Assembly (NCBI GenBank): GCA_022865595.1
Contig: JALHTE010000370.1
Coordinates: 2,657 to 66,656, forward strand
Source of the DNA: Steroidobacteraceae bacterium
GTDB lineage: Bacteria > Pseudomonadota > Gammaproteobacteria > Steroidobacterales > Steroidobacteraceae
DNA length: 64,000 bases
Direction: 5' to 3'
The translations under genes and the position numbers were made by a program. The stretch's first letter is position 1; the number at the start of each line of letters is the position of its first letter. The notes beneath the pieces were generated by a model, which saw only the letters and a list, made by a program, of their open reading frames with translations, had not been told where the DNA came from and ran no database searches. This document shows, in pieces, positions 49,414 to 60,252 of this stretch.

Positions 49414-52155
49414 ATGACTGCGAAAGTCGCACCGGCGGCTCGGACTGCATGGCCGGAGGAGCGCCATTGGCATGCGCTGCCAGCCAGCGAGGTCCTGCGC
49501 CTTCTTGACGCGTCCTCGACCGGCCTCGGTCGGGCTGAAGCCGCAACGCGCCTCGAGCGCTGCGGCCCCAACGTGCTGCCCACGAAGCCTCCACCCGGTG
49601 TCCTGGAAATCGGTCTTCGGCAGCTCAAGAGCCCGTTGATCTACGTGCTGCTGGCGGCGGCCATGGCGGCGATCGCGCTCGGTGACCTGGGCGACGCGGG
49701 TTTCATCGGCCTGGTGCTTTTGATCAACTCAGGCGTAGGTGGATGGCAGGAGTGGCATGCCGAGCAGCAGAGCCAGGGCCTGCAGAAGCTGCTGTTGATT
49801 CGCGCCACGGTGCTGCGCGACGGCGAAGCGGTCGAGCTCGACAGCGCGGAGCTCGTGCCGGGGGATGTCGTGGCGCTCGAGAGCGGTCGGCGGGTGCCGG
49901 CAGACCTGCGCCTGCTCGATGCGCACAGCATGGAGATCGAGGAAGCGCTGCTCACCGGTGAGTCGCTGGCGGTGCTGAAGGATGCCGCCTGGACCGGTGG
50001 CGCCGACGCGGGGCCGGCCGACTGCCGGAACATGGCATTCGCTGGCACGACCATCGCCCACGGCCGCGCGCATGGCGTGGCCGTGGCGACCGGCGCGCGT
50101 ACGGCTGTGGGTCGACTCGCCATCTCGATCGCGGCGGCGGGCGCAGGCAAGCCACCGCTGGTCGAGCGGATGGAGCGGTTCAGTCGCGTGATTGCGGTGG
50201 CCGTGCTGTCGGCCGCGGTCTTCATCGGCGCCGTCGCGGTGCTGGTGCACGACGCGAGCATCGGCATGATGTTCATGTTTGGCGTCGCACTGGCGGTTTC
50301 CGCGATCCCCGAAGGGCTGCCGGTTGCAATCACGATTGCATTGGCGATTGCGGCCCGCAGGATGGCCGCGCGCGGCGCCATCGTGCGCCGCCTCCCGGCG
50401 GTCGAGGGACTGGGCAGTTGCACGCTGGTCGCCAGCGACAAGACCGGCACGCTCACATGCAACGAGCTCACTGCGCGCGAGCTGTTCCTGAGCGATGGAT
50501 CCCGGCACTCGGTCACCGGCGCGGGTTACGAGCCCGTCGGCGAGATAGAACCGCTGACTCGCGAACCGGCGCTGGTCGAACCACCGGCGCTGCGCGATCT
50601 GCTCGAGGTGGCCGCTGCATGTAACGAGGGCGACCTGTATCGCAGGGACGGTGCCTGGGGCTGGCGCGGCGATCCGACCGATATCGCGCTGCTCGCACTT
50701 GCCGGAAAGGGCGGCGTCGATCGCGAAACGCTGCTGGTGAGTCGACCGGTGGTGAACGGCATCCCGTTCGAACCCGAGCATCGCTTCGCCTGCAGCTGGC
50801 ATACGGACGGCGGTCAGACCTGGGTGGCGGTCAAGGGCGCGCCGGAGCGGGTTCTCGAGATGTGCCGCCCGGCCCCGGACCGGTACGAGGCGGTGCACGC
50901 GGCGGCCGTTGACATGGCGAGCCGCGGAAATCGTGTCCTTGCGCTTGCGTCAGGTATCGTTGCGCGCGCGATGTCGCCGGGAGAGACGCCGGAGGAGCCG
51001 CGCGACCTGGAGTTCGCGGGCCTGGTCGGGCTGATCGATCCGCTGCGGCCGGGCGTGTCGGCGGCCGTGCGACGCTGCGACGACGCAGGCATCCGCGTGA
51101 TCATGGTGACAGGCGACCACCCGGTCACGGCGCTGGCGATTGCGCGGGAAATCGGCATTGCAAGCAGGGAGACCGAAGTTGTTCATGGTGCCGACCTGCG
51201 TGCGGGCGACGACGAACTGATCCAGCGCTCAATCGAGACCGGCCGCGTATACGCGCGCGTGACGCCGGACCAGAAGCTCTCGATCGTGAAAGCCGCGCAG
51301 CGGGCCGGCCATTTCGTCGCGGTGACCGGCGACGGCGTCAACGATGCGCCGGCGCTGCGCCACGCCAACATCGGCGTGGCCATGGGTCGAGGCGGCACCG
51401 ACGTCGCGCGCGATGCATCTGACGTGGTCCTGAGTGACGACAATTTCACAACCATCGTCGCGGGCGTGGAGGAGGGCAGGATCGCCTACCAGAACATCCG
51501 CAACGTCATATACCTGCTGGTCGCGGCCGGCGCGGCCGAGGTGCTCACGGTCGGCCTCGCAGTCATCATCGGCCTGCCGTTGCCGCTGCTGCCGGTGCAG
51601 CTGCTGTGGCTGAACCTGGTGACCAACGGTTTCCAGGACGTGACGCTGGTCTGCGAGCAGGGTCGCGGCGACGAGCTCGAGTCGCCGCCGCGCAGTCCGC
51701 GCGAACGGGTGTTCAACCGGCTGATGATCGAGCGGATCGCCCTCGGCGGCCTGTGGATGGGGCTGCTGGGGTTTGCCGCCTACGTTCTGATGCTGGCCAT
51801 GGAGGTGCCTGTGCCTGATGCCCGCAACGCGCTGATGGTGCTGATGGTGCTGCTGCAGAACGTCGATACTTTCAACGCTCGCTCCGAGACGGTCTCGGCA
51901 TTCCGGATGCCGCTGCGTCACAACCCGTTGCTGGTGCTCGGCGTGGCGGCCGCGCTGCTATCGCACGTCGCGGCGATGCACATTCCGCTGATGCAGCGGG
52001 TGCTCAGCGTCAGCCCGATCGGCGCAAGGGAGTGGCTGGTTCTCGGCGGGGCCGCACTCAGCCTGCTGGTGGTCATGGAAGTGCAGAAGGCCGTCTGGCA
52101 ATGGCGAAACCGCTCACCGGCTCGCCGGCCGGCATGGCCCGTCAGCGGGGCATGA
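49414..52155 (+). CDS. Cation-transporting P-type ATPase (P2/Ca2+-ATPase-like)
   Basis: DKTGTLT, PEGLP, MVTGDHPVTA, TGDGVNDAPAL and the M6-like motif LWLNLVTNGFQD are present. The protein is 913 aa. Confidence 0.92.
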   Translation: MTAKVAPAARTAWPEERHWHALPASEVLRLLDASSTGLGRAEAATRLERCGPNVLPTKPPPGVLEIGLRQLKSPLIYVLLAAAMAAIALGDLGDAGFIGLVLLINSGVGGWQEWHAEQQSQGLQKLLLIRATVLRDGEAVELDSAELVPGDVVALESGRRVPADLRLLDAHSMEIEEALLTGESLAVLKDAAWTGGADAGPADCRNMAFAGTTIAHGRAHGVAVATGARTAVGRLAISIAAAGAGKPPLVERMERFSRVIAVAVLSAAVFIGAVAVLVHDASIGMMFMFGVALAVSAIPEGLPVAITIALAIAARRMAARGAIVRRLPAVEGLGSCTLVASDKTGTLTCNELTARELFLSDGSRHSVTGAGYEPVGEIEPLTREPALVEPPALRDLLEVAAACNEGDLYRRDGAWGWRGDPTDIALLALAGKGGVDRETLLVSRPVVNGIPFEPEHRFACSWHTDGGQTWVAVKGAPERVLEMCRPAPDRYEAVHAAAVDMASRGNRVLALASGIVARAMSPGETPEEPRDLEFAGLVGLIDPLRPGVSAAVRRCDDAGIRVIMVTGDHPVTALAIAREIGIASRETEVVHGADLRAGDDELIQRSIETGRVYARVTPDQKLSIVKAAQRAGHFVAVTGDGVNDAPALRHANIGVAMGRGGTDVARDASDVVLSDDNFTTIVAGVEEGRIAYQNIRNVIYLLVAAGAAEVLTVGLAVIIGLPLPLLPVQLLWLNLVTNGFQDVTLVCEQGRGDELESPPRSPRERVFNRLMIERIALGGLWMGLLGFAAYVLMLAMEVPVPDARNALMVLMVLLQNVDTFNARSETVSAFRMPLRHNPLLVLGVAAALLSHVAAMHIPLMQRVLSVSPIGAREWLVLGGAALSLLVVMEVQKAVWQWRNRSPARRPAWPVSGA

Positions 52156-52250
52156 GAGCCGCGCAATTTGACAGGTCCGGGTGCGCAACTACCGGCCGGA
52201 AGATCATGGCCTTCGCGGTGCCGGACGATTCCCGGTAGATTTGCGCGGTC

Positions 52251-53246
52251 GTGCGCCCGAAGAAACATCCAGAACGGTTGATGGTCGCGTTGCCGGTCGT
52301 CGGCATCCTCGCGCTGCTGTCGCTGTTGCTCTTCGTGAGCATCGCGTCCGGCAAGGAGTGGGGTCGTGTGTTGCTGAATGCTTCGCACGGTCCGATCTTC
52401 GCGGGTGTCGCCGTGCTTCTCGGTTTCCTGCTTGCGCGGGGCAGGCGGCGGCGCGAACCACCCGGATGGCCCGATTGGGCGGTGTACGTCCAGTCCCTGG
52501 CAATCAGCGTCGCGCTCGGCGTCCTAATCGAATTCCTGCAGGGCTTCCAGGGCAGGCCGCCGTCGCTCTTTGACGTGATGACCGATACGGCCGGTGCACT
52601 GGCTGGCCTTTCGGCATGGTCATTGGTGTCTCGACCGGAGGCGGGCCAGCCAAAGGCGTTCGCCAGAGGGAACCCGCGCCTGGTCATTGCGCTCGGTCTC
52701 GCGGGCGCGGCGTTCGTGCTCTGGTGGCCAATACAGGTGGCGACCGCCTACGCGCATCGCGCCGCCGTCTTCCCGGCCATAGCCGACTTCTCGAATCCGC
52801 GTGGCCTCGATTTCGTCACCACCGACGGTCTTGGCGCCGCGATTGCCGACCTTCCAGCGCCGTGGTCCGCGCAGGCCGGCGAGCGCGCCCTCGAGATCCG
52901 CTACGACCCGAGCCATCCGCCGGCGGTACAGTTCGTCGAGCCGCAGGGAGACTGGCGCGGATTCAGCGTGTTTGCCGTGGACCTGACCAATTCCAGCCCA
53001 GCAGAGTTGTCGCTGGTGTTGCGGATCCTGGACGCCACGCATGACTGGTCCCACGAGGACAGGCTCAACCTGCCAGTCACTATTGCCCCGTTGACACGCA
53101 CCACTGTGCGGGTTGCGCTTCCGGCGATCGAAGGTGCGCCAGCGTCGCGCCGCATGGACATGGCCCGGATCGCCAACGTGATGCTTTACGGCCGGACGCC
53201 CACCACGTCCGGCTCTCTTTACGTGTCGCGGATCTGGCTCGAGTAG
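52251..53246 (+). CDS. VanZ-like membrane domain fused to a C-terminal extracytoplasmic domain of unknown function
   Basis: The motif IEFLQGFQGRPPSLFDVMTDTAGALAG is VanZ-like. The C-terminal roughly 170 aa are rich in beta-strand-like sequence and I do not recognise any motif in them. The start may be GTG at 52251 or ATG at 52281. Confidence 0.6.
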   Translation: MRPKKHPERLMVALPVVGILALLSLLLFVSIASGKEWGRVLLNASHGPIFAGVAVLLGFLLARGRRRREPPGWPDWAVYVQSLAISVALGVLIEFLQGFQGRPPSLFDVMTDTAGALAGLSAWSLVSRPEAGQPKAFARGNPRLVIALGLAGAAFVLWWPIQVATAYAHRAAVFPAIADFSNPRGLDFVTTDGLGAAIADLPAPWSAQAGERALEIRYDPSHPPAVQFVEPQGDWRGFSVFAVDLTNSSPAELSLVLRILDATHDWSHEDRLNLPVTIAPLTRTTVRVALPAIEGAPASRRMDMARIANVMLYGRTPTTSGSLYVSRIWLE

Positions 53247-53370
53247 CCTCGCGATCGCCCGAATCGGCCTTCGAGAGCCATTGCCAGAGCCCGGACCGTT
53301 CGTTGAAGAACTCCTTACAGATTGATTTCCCTATAGAATCCGCCCCGCTGCCCACAGGGGCGGGGGGCTT

Positions 53371-53456
53371 GCGAAAGTGGCGGAACTGGTAGACGCGCTG
53401 GATTTAGGTTCCAGTGGGTAATCCCCGTGAGGGTTCGAGTCCCTCCTTTCGCACCA
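53371..53456 (+). tRNA. tRNA-Leu (anticodon TAG), long variable arm
   Basis: Acceptor GCGAAAG/CTTTCGC, anticodon arm CTGGA-TTTAGGT-TCCAG, encoded CCA. Confidence 0.95.
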
Positions 53457-53556
53457 GTCCCCGGCGGTACTCCCGCCGGGCCGATTCCATGGCAAAATAC
53501 ACGGCTTTCCCGGGCGGCCGCGAGTGCGCCCCAGACCCTTCCGAGGATCGATGAGC

Positions 53557-54852
53557 ATGCAGGTTTCCGTCGAACAGACCGGGGCGCTAGAGCGCCGCAT
53601 GGAAGTGAGCGTACCGAGCGATCGCGTCGAACAGGCGATCGACAAGCGCCTGCAGCAGGTCAGCCGCACGGCGAAGCTGAAAGGCTTCCGCCCGGGCAAG
53701 GTCCCGCTCAAGGTAATCCGCCAGCAGTTCGGTGCCCAGGTGCGCCAGGAAGTCGTTGGCGACCTGATGCAGTCGAGCTTCGCCGAGGCCGTCACGCAGC
53801 AGAAGTTGAGCCCTGCAACGGGCCCGCGTATCGAGCCGATCGCGATGGCGGCCGGCGAAGACCTGAAATACCGGGCCGTATTCGAGGTGTTTCCGGAGGT
53901 CGCGCTCGCAAACGTCGATGGGCTCGAAGTCACGCGACCGGTAGCCGACGTCGCCGAGGCGGACATCGACGCGATGGTCGAGAACCTGCGAGCACAGCGT
54001 CCTAACTTCAACGATGTCGAGCGCGAGAGCATCAACGGCGACCGGGTCACGATGGACTTCGTGGGCCTGCTCGACGGCGCCGAGTTCGAAGGCAGCAACG
54101 GCACCGATGTGGTCGTGCAGCTCGGCGGCGGGCGCATGCTGGCCGAGTTCGAGGCGGGCATCGTCGGCATGAAGGCGGGCGACGAGCGCAAGATCGACGT
54201 GCGCTACCCCGACGGATATCACAACGCGTCGCTGGCCGGCCGCACCGCCACGTTCGATGTGCACATGAAGAAGGTCGAGGAAAAGCTCCTGCCCGACCTC
54301 GACGACGCATTCTGCCTGGAGTACGGCGTCACGGAAGGCGGCATAGCCCAGTTGCGCAGCGAGGTCGCCGACAACATGCGACGCGAACTCGAAAGCAATG
54401 TGCGTGCCCGCCTGCGGCAGCAGCTGCTCGACAAGCTTCTCGCAGCCAATCCAGTGGAAGTGCCGAAGAGCCTGGTCGACGCCCAGGTGCGCGAAATGCA
54501 GGTCGATACCGCGCGCCGCATGGGCGCCAAGGACGCCTCGCAACTGCCGCCGCCGGATTCGTTCGTCGAGCCCGCGCGTCGTCGCGTCGCGCTCGGCATC
54601 CTGGTCGGTGAGCTGATCAAGACCCGCGGCATTGCGATCGACCGCGAGCGTGTCGAGACTCGGCTCGCAGACCTGGCCGGCAGCTACCCGGATCCGACGG
54701 CGATCCTCAAGGCCTATCGCCAGAATGCGGACGCGATGCGCCAGGTCGAGAACATGGTGCTCGAGGACCAGGTCGTGGACTACCTGCTCGAGCACGCAAA
54801 GGTCACCGACCAGCCGACGACGTTCAAGGAAGTGATGAACTTCGGCGCGTGA
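53557..54852 (+). CDS. tig: Trigger factor
   Basis: MQVSVEQTGALERRMEVSVPSDRVEQAIDKRL...GFRPGKVP. An alternative ATG lies at 53551. Confidence 0.95.
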   Translation: MQVSVEQTGALERRMEVSVPSDRVEQAIDKRLQQVSRTAKLKGFRPGKVPLKVIRQQFGAQVRQEVVGDLMQSSFAEAVTQQKLSPATGPRIEPIAMAAGEDLKYRAVFEVFPEVALANVDGLEVTRPVADVAEADIDAMVENLRAQRPNFNDVERESINGDRVTMDFVGLLDGAEFEGSNGTDVVVQLGGGRMLAEFEAGIVGMKAGDERKIDVRYPDGYHNASLAGRTATFDVHMKKVEEKLLPDLDDAFCLEYGVTEGGIAQLRSEVADNMRRELESNVRARLRQQLLDKLLAANPVEVPKSLVDAQVREMQVDTARRMGAKDASQLPPPDSFVEPARRRVALGILVGELIKTRGIAIDRERVETRLADLAGSYPDPTAILKAYRQNADAMRQVENMVLEDQVVDYLLEHAKVTDQPTTFKEVMNFGA

Positions 54853-54946
54853 TACGTTTCCGCGCCGCAAGGGCCCGCCGGTCGATACGTCCGGCGCCTT
54901 TGCCTTACACTAGTCGTCAATTGCCAGTCACGGGTCATCCTTCGTC

Positions 54947-55588
54947 ATGCCACTCACGCCCCCCAGCGCCATGAATCTCGTTCCCATGGTGGTCGAGCAG
55001 ACCGCCCGCGGCGAACGCGCCTACGACATCTACTCGCGTCTGCTGAAGGAGCGGGTGATCTTCGCCGTCGGCGAGGTCGAGGACCACATGGCGAACCTGA
55101 TCGTGGCCCAGCTGCTGTTCCTGGAGTCCGAGAACCCCGAGAAGGACATCGCGCTCTACATCAACTCGCCCGGCGGGTCGGTGAGCGCTGGGCTCGCCGT
55201 CTACGACACCATGCAGTTCATCAAGCCCGACATCAGCACGATCTGCGTGGGCCAGGCCGCCAGCATGGGCGCGGTGCTGCTCGCGGCCGGCGCGAAGGGC
55301 AAGCGCTTCTGCCTGCCGCACTCGCGCGTGATGATCCACCAGCCGCTCGGCGGCTTCCACGGCCAGGCCACCGACATCGAGATCCACGCCCGCGAGATCC
55401 TGGACGCCCGCGAGCGCCTGAACCGGATCCTGTCGACCCACACCGGCCAGACCATGGATCGCATCAAGCACGACACCGACCGCGACAACTTCATGACCGG
55501 CGAGCAGGCTATTGCCTATGGCCTGGTCGACGAGGTACTGCGCAAGCGCGTCTCGCCGGCCCCGGCACCCCCGGCGCCCGCGGGTTGA
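54947..55588 (+). CDS. clpP: ATP-dependent Clp protease proteolytic subunit
   Basis: [29 protein letters not shown] and [11 protein letters not shown] (catalytic Ser) are present. Confidence 0.95.
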   Translation: MPLTPPSAMNLVPMVVEQTARGERAYDIYSRLLKERVIFAVGEVEDHMANLIVAQLLFLESENPEKDIALYINSPGGSVSAGLAVYDTMQFIKPDISTICVGQAASMGAVLLAAGAKGKRFCLPHSRVMIHQPLGGFHGQATDIEIHAREILDARERLNRILSTHTGQTMDRIKHDTDRDNFMTGEQAIAYGLVDEVLRKRVSPAPAPPAPAG

Positions 55589-55641
55589 GCCGGGCCGGGC
55601 GACTTGGGGGGTAACTTAAGTCGCTGTCCCGTCAGGGTTTT

Positions 55642-55670
55642 TTGCGGCTGGCGCGGCTGCATGGTATAAG
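55642..55670 (+). promoter_or_regulatory. Candidate clpX promoter TTGCGG-17-TATAAG
   Basis: A hexamer match seen by eye, downstream of a hairpin and T-run in the clpP-clpX spacer. Confidence 0.25.
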
Positions 55671-55734
55671 CCACGGGGGTCCGCCGCCGGCGGTCCCGAC
55701 AGTGCCCGGAAGGGCGGAAAAGCAAGGGCAGGGC

Positions 55735-57042
55735 ATGGCTGACGAATCACGCGGCAAGAGCGACGACGGCAAACTTCTCTATTGCTCCTTCTGCGGCAAG
55801 AGCCAGCATGAGGTCCGCAAGCTGATTGCCGGGCCGTCGGTGTTCGTCTGCGACGAGTGCGTGGAGCTCTGCAACGACATCATCCGCGAGGAACTCGAGG
55901 AAAAGGCCGAGAAGACCCGCGAGAAGCTGCCGAAGCCGCACGAGATCAAGCATGTGCTCGACGAGTACGTGATCGGCCAGGAGCGCGCCAAGAAGGTTCT
56001 CTCGGTCGCCGTCTACAACCACTACAAGCGTCTGCAGACCCGCGGTCCCGGCGCGAAGCGCGACGAGGTCGAACTCGCCAAGAGCAACATCATGCTGATC
56101 GGCCCGACGGGCAGCGGCAAGACGCTGCTGGCCGAGACGCTGGCGCGGCTGCTGAACGTGCCGTTCACGATCGCGGACGCCACCACGCTGACCGAGGCGG
56201 GCTACGTCGGCGAAGACGTCGAGAACATCATCCAGAAGCTGCTGCAGAAGTGCGACTACGATGTCGAGAAGGCGCAGACCGGCATCGTCTACATCGACGA
56301 GATCGACAAGATCTCGCGCAAGTCCGACAACCCGTCGATCACCCGTGACGTGTCCGGCGAGGGCGTGCAGCAGGCGCTGCTGAAGCTGATCGAGGGCACG
56401 ATCGCGTCGGTTCCGCCGCAGGGCGGGCGCAAGCATCCACAGCAGGAATTCCTGCAGGTGGACACCGGCAACATCCTGTTCATCTGCGGCGGCGCATTCT
56501 CGGGCCTCGAGAAGATCATCCTGAACCGCACGCAGAAGAGCGGCATCGGCTTCGTCGCCGAGGTCCGTGAGCAGGGCGAGCGGCCGCACGGCAGCGACCT
56601 GTTCCACGACGTCGAGCCCGAGGACCTGATCAAGTACGGCCTGATCCCCGAGTTCGTGGGCCGCCTGCCCGTGGTCGCGACGCTCGACGAACTCGACGAG
56701 GCTGCGCTGATGCAGATCCTCACCGAGCCGCGCAACGCGCTCACCAAGCAGTACCGCCGGCTCTTCGACATGGAAGGCGTCGAGATCGAGTTCCGCGACG
56801 AGTCGCTGCGGGCGGTGGCGCGCAAGGCGATGCAGCGCAAGACGGGTGCGCGCGGGCTGCGCACCATCCTCGAGAACGTGCTGCTCGACATCATGTACGA
56901 CCTGCCGGGCATGCGTAACGTGCAGAAGGTCGTCATCGACGACGACGTCATCAAGGGCGAATCGAAGCCGTATCTCGTATACGGCGCCGAGGAGCCGCGC
57001 ATCGCCGCCGTCGAAGAGCGCCGCACGGGCTCGGACAACTGA
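55735..57042 (+). CDS. clpX: ATP-dependent Clp protease ATP-binding subunit ClpX
   Basis: The zinc-binding N-terminus [33 protein letters not shown] and Walker [12 protein letters not shown] are present. Confidence 0.96.
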   Translation: MADESRGKSDDGKLLYCSFCGKSQHEVRKLIAGPSVFVCDECVELCNDIIREELEEKAEKTREKLPKPHEIKHVLDEYVIGQERAKKVLSVAVYNHYKRLQTRGPGAKRDEVELAKSNIMLIGPTGSGKTLLAETLARLLNVPFTIADATTLTEAGYVGEDVENIIQKLLQKCDYDVEKAQTGIVYIDEIDKISRKSDNPSITRDVSGEGVQQALLKLIEGTIASVPPQGGRKHPQQEFLQVDTGNILFICGGAFSGLEKIILNRTQKSGIGFVAEVREQGERPHGSDLFHDVEPEDLIKYGLIPEFVGRLPVVATLDELDEAALMQILTEPRNALTKQYRRLFDMEGVEIEFRDESLRAVARKAMQRKTGARGLRTILENVLLDIMYDLPGMRNVQKVVIDDDVIKGESKPYLVYGAEEPRIAAVEERRTGSDN

Positions 57043-57072
57043 TCAGGGAAAAGGGGACATTCCCCTGGTCCC

Positions 57073-57140
57073 GAGAAAATAGGTGCCTGGCACCTATTTT
57101 CTCCAGTTGGCCCGAAAACAGGTGCCAGGCGCCTGTTTCC
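57073..57140 (+). terminator. Two family-2 hairpins after clpX (probable terminator)
   Basis: GAGAAAATAGGTGCC-T-GGCACCTATTTTCTC lies at 57073-57103. The related imperfect hairpin GAAAACAGGTGCCAGGCGCCTGTTTCC lies at 57114-57140. Confidence 0.6.
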
Positions 57141-57152
57141 CCACATTCCCTA

Positions 57153-57179
57153 TTGAATCTGGGTGCCGCGTCCCCAAAG
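57153..57179 (+). promoter_or_regulatory. Candidate RpoH (sigma32)-type promoter for lon
   Basis: CCCTATTGAA-14 nt-CCCCAAAG resembles the sigma32 consensus CTTGAA-N13-15-CCCCATNT. It lies about 90 nt upstream of the lon start. Confidence 0.4.
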
Positions 57180-57263
57180 ATGTCGCTATCTGAGCGGCAG
57201 CGCCCCGGACCAGTGTGGCCCGGCGGTGCACCTGTCCGTATCCCGCCCCGGAGACCCTGACAA

Positions 57264-59696
57264 GTGACGAAAGCACCCACCGAGACCCCGGCCGCGACCA
57301 CCCCTGATTCGCTTCCGGTACTGCCGCTGCGCGACGTGGTGGTCTATCCGCACATGGTCATCCCGCTGTTCGTGGGCCGCGAGAAGTCCATCCTCGCCCT
57401 CGAGCAGGCGATGAAGGTCTCCAAGCAGATCCTGCTGCTAGCGCAGAAGCAGGCGGACGTGGACGACCCCGAGGCAAAGGACCTCTACGACGTCGGCACG
57501 GTCGCGACCATCCTGCAGCTGCTGAAGCTGCCCGACGGCACCGTCAAGGTGCTGGTCGAGGGTGGCGATCGTGCGAAGGTCGAGTCGCTCGAGGCGGGCG
57601 ATTACTTCATCGCGAAGGTGAGCCTGCTCGGCGACGGCGAGCCCTACGACGAGCGCGAGATGGACGTGCTGGTGCGCTCGGTGGTCTCGCAGTTCGAGCA
57701 GTACGTGAAGCTGAACCGCAAGGTCCCTCCCGAGATCCTCACCTCGCTGGCCGGCATCGAGCAGCCGGGTCGCCTGGCTGACACGGTGGCGGCGCACATG
57801 TCGCTGAAGCTCGACGCGAAGCAGCGGATCCTGGAGGTCCAGGAGGTCCGCAACCGTCTCGAGCACATCCTCGCGCTGATCGAGGGCGAGATGGACGTGC
57901 TGCAGATCGAGAAGCGCATCCGCGGCCGCGTGAAGCAGCAGATGGAGAAGAGCCAGCGCGAGTACTACCTGAACGAGCAGATGAAGGCGATCCAGAAGGA
58001 ACTGGGCGAGATGGACGATGCGCCCAACGAGATCGCCGAGCTCGAGAAGCGGATCGCGCGGGCGGGCATGCCCAAGGAGGCGCGCGAGAAGATCAAGTCC
58101 GAGCTTGCGAAGCTGAAGCTGATGTCGCCGATGTCGGCGGAGGCGACGGTGGTCCGCAATTACATCGACTGGGTGGTGAAGGCACCCTGGCGCCGGCGCA
58201 CCAAGGTCAAGCAGGACCTCGCCGGTGCGGAGGCGGTGCTGAACGAGGACCACTTCGGGCTGGAGAAGGTCAAGGAACGCATCGTCGAATACCTCGCCGT
58301 GCAGCAGCGCGTGCAGAAGCTGAAAGGCCCGATCCTGTGCCTGGTGGGGCCGCCCGGCGTCGGCAAGACTTCGCTCGGCCAGTCGATCGCTCGTGCGACC
58401 AACCGCAAGTTCGTGCGCATGTCACTCGGTGGCGTGCGCGACGAGGCGGAAATCCGCGGCCATCGTCGTACCTACATCGGCTCGATGCCCGGCAAGATCA
58501 TCCAGAACATGGCGCGAACGGGTGTCAGGAACCCGCTGTTCCTGCTCGACGAAGTGGACAAGATGTCGATGGACTTCCGCGGCGACCCTTCGTCCGCGCT
58601 GCTCGAGGTGCTCGATCCGGAACAGAACTCGACCTTCAATGACCATTACCTCGAGGTCGATTTCGACCTCTCCGAGGTTATGTTCGTCTGCACGGCTAAC
58701 AGCCTCAACATCCCGGCGCCGCTGCTCGACCGCATGGAAGTGATCCGGCTGCCCGGCTACACCGAGGACGAGAAGGCCAACATCGCCCGTCGCTACCTGC
58801 TGCCGAAGCAGGTGAAGGCCAACGGACTGAAGGACGACGAGATCAAGGTGAACGACGCGGCGATCCTGGAGATCATCCGTCACTATTCCCGGGAGGCAGG
58901 CGTGCGCAACCTCGAGCGCGAGCTGTCAAAGATCTGCCGCAAGGCGGTCAAGGAACTGCTGCTCGAGAAGAACCGCAAGCAGGTGGCGGTGACGCCGAAG
59001 AACCTGTCGAAGTACCTGGGCGTGAAGCGCTTCCGCTACGGTCGCGCCGAGGATGCCGACCAGGTCGGGCAGGTGACGGGCCTCGCGTGGACCGAGGTGG
59101 GCGGCGAGCTGCTGACGATCGAGGCGGCGGTCATGCCCGGCAAGGGCAAGCTCACGCACACGGGCCAGCTCGGCGAGGTGATGCAGGAGTCCATCCAGGC
59201 CGCGATGACCGTGGTGCGCAGCCGTGCGGCGGTGCTCGGGCTCGAGCCCGAGTTCTACCAGAAGGCAGACGTGCACATCCACGTGCCGGAGGGCGCAACG
59301 CCGAAGGACGGACCGAGCGCCGGCGTCGGCATGTGCACCGCGCTGGTGTCGGCGCTGACCCGCAGCCCGGTGCGCAGCGACGTGGCGATGACCGGCGAGA
59401 TCACGCTGCGCGGCGAGGTGCTGCCGATCGGCGGCCTCAAGGAGAAGCTGCTTGCGGCGCACCGCGGCGGCATCCGGACCGTGCTGATTCCCGACGAGAA
59501 CGTAAAGGACCTTGCCGAGATTCCCGACAACATAACGGGCAACCTCGAGATCAAGCCGGTAAAGTGGATCGACGAGGTTCTGCAGCTGGCGCTCAGGACC
59601 ATGCCGCAACCCGTGACCGCACCCGCTGCAGCGGACGTCGGGAAGCCGGCCAAGCGGCAGGGGCGGCGCCCGGGCAAGCCGGTCCATGCGCACTGA
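57264..59696 (+). CDS. lon: Endopeptidase La (Lon protease)
   Basis: [27 protein letters not shown], Walker [10 protein letters not shown] and the catalytic-Ser motif PKDGPSAG are present. The start is GTG with a GGAGA RBS. Confidence 0.96.
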   Translation: MTKAPTETPAATTPDSLPVLPLRDVVVYPHMVIPLFVGREKSILALEQAMKVSKQILLLAQKQADVDDPEAKDLYDVGTVATILQLLKLPDGTVKVLVEGGDRAKVESLEAGDYFIAKVSLLGDGEPYDEREMDVLVRSVVSQFEQYVKLNRKVPPEILTSLAGIEQPGRLADTVAAHMSLKLDAKQRILEVQEVRNRLEHILALIEGEMDVLQIEKRIRGRVKQQMEKSQREYYLNEQMKAIQKELGEMDDAPNEIAELEKRIARAGMPKEAREKIKSELAKLKLMSPMSAEATVVRNYIDWVVKAPWRRRTKVKQDLAGAEAVLNEDHFGLEKVKERIVEYLAVQQRVQKLKGPILCLVGPPGVGKTSLGQSIARATNRKFVRMSLGGVRDEAEIRGHRRTYIGSMPGKIIQNMARTGVRNPLFLLDEVDKMSMDFRGDPSSALLEVLDPEQNSTFNDHYLEVDFDLSEVMFVCTANSLNIPAPLLDRMEVIRLPGYTEDEKANIARRYLLPKQVKANGLKDDEIKVNDAAILEIIRHYSREAGVRNLERELSKICRKAVKELLLEKNRKQVAVTPKNLSKYLGVKRFRYGRAEDADQVGQVTGLAWTEVGGELLTIEAAVMPGKGKLTHTGQLGEVMQESIQAAMTVVRSRAAVLGLEPEFYQKADVHIHVPEGATPKDGPSAGVGMCTALVSALTRSPVRSDVAMTGEITLRGEVLPIGGLKEKLLAAHRGGIRTVLIPDENVKDLAEIPDNITGNLEIKPVKWIDEVLQLALRTMPQPVTAPAAADVGKPAKRQGRRPGKPVHAH

Positions 59697-59729
59697 CGAC
59701 CCGTACATGGCAAACAGGAGAAGCGAACG

Positions 59730-60002
59730 ATGAACAGGAACGAACTGGTTGAAGCTGTGAGCGAGCGCACCGGGCTCGCACGATCCGATGCAGCGCAGGC
59801 GATTGAAGCCGTGCTCGCGGCCATCACCGAGGCAATGCGCGTTGGGGATACCGTGACCCTCTCGGGTTTCGGGAGCTTCGTTGCGAAGTCCCGCGCCGCC
59901 CGGACCGGCCGCAATCCGCGCACCGGCGAGGCGATCGCGATCCCGGCCAGCCGGGCGCCGACGTTCAAGGCTGGAAAGGGCCTGAAGGATGCCCTAAACT
60001 AG
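59730..60002 (+). CDS. hupB: DNA-binding protein HU-beta
   Basis: A 90-aa protein: [10 protein letters not shown]...[28 protein letters not shown]. Confidence 0.95.
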   Translation: MNRNELVEAVSERTGLARSDAAQAIEAVLAAITEAMRVGDTVTLSGFGSFVAKSRAARTGRNPRTGEAIAIPASRAPTFKAGKGLKDALN

Positions 60003-60021
60003 CCAGCTCCCCAGGGAGCGC

Positions 60022-60097
60022 GGGTGCTTAGCTCAGCTGGGAGAGCGACGCCTTTACACGGCGTAGGTCGGGGGTTCGATCCCCTCAGCACCCACCA
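60022..60097 (+). tRNA. tRNA-Val (anticodon TAC)
   Basis: Acceptor GGGTGCT/AGCACCC, anticodon arm ACGCC-TTTACAC-GGCGT, encoded CCA. Confidence 0.95.
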
Positions 60098-60106
60098 GAA
60101 AAACGC

Positions 60107-60183
60107 GGAGTGGTAGTTCAGTTGGTTAGAATACCGGCCTGTCACGCCGGGGGTCGCGGGTTCGAGTCCCGTCCACTCCGCCA
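60107..60183 (+). tRNA. tRNA-Asp (anticodon GTC)
   Basis: Acceptor GGAGTGG/CCACTCC, anticodon arm CCGGC-CTGTCAC-GCCGG, encoded CCA. Confidence 0.95.
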
Positions 60184-60196
60184 ACTTTCGCTGACG

Positions 60197-60226
60197 ATGA
60201 GAGCCCGCACCAGCGGGCTTTCTCAT
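60197..60226 (+). terminator. Candidate intrinsic terminator after tRNA-Asp
   Basis: The AGCCCGC-ACCA-GCGGGCT hairpin is followed by TTCTC. Confidence 0.45.
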
Positions 60227-60252
60227 AACCGCTAACCGCTGGTCAAATCACC

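Noticed and set aside
53247-53370. An attR-type direct repeat of the tRNA-Lys 3' end, or an integrase remnant, that would define the tRNA-flanked segment as a classical genomic island.
   Set aside because: Reading both strands, I found no match to GGTTCGAGTCCTACACGGCCCACCA. There is only a GC hairpin (CCGCCCC...GGGGCGG) ahead of tRNA-Leu. No recombinase-like ORF lies anywhere in 46736-53370.
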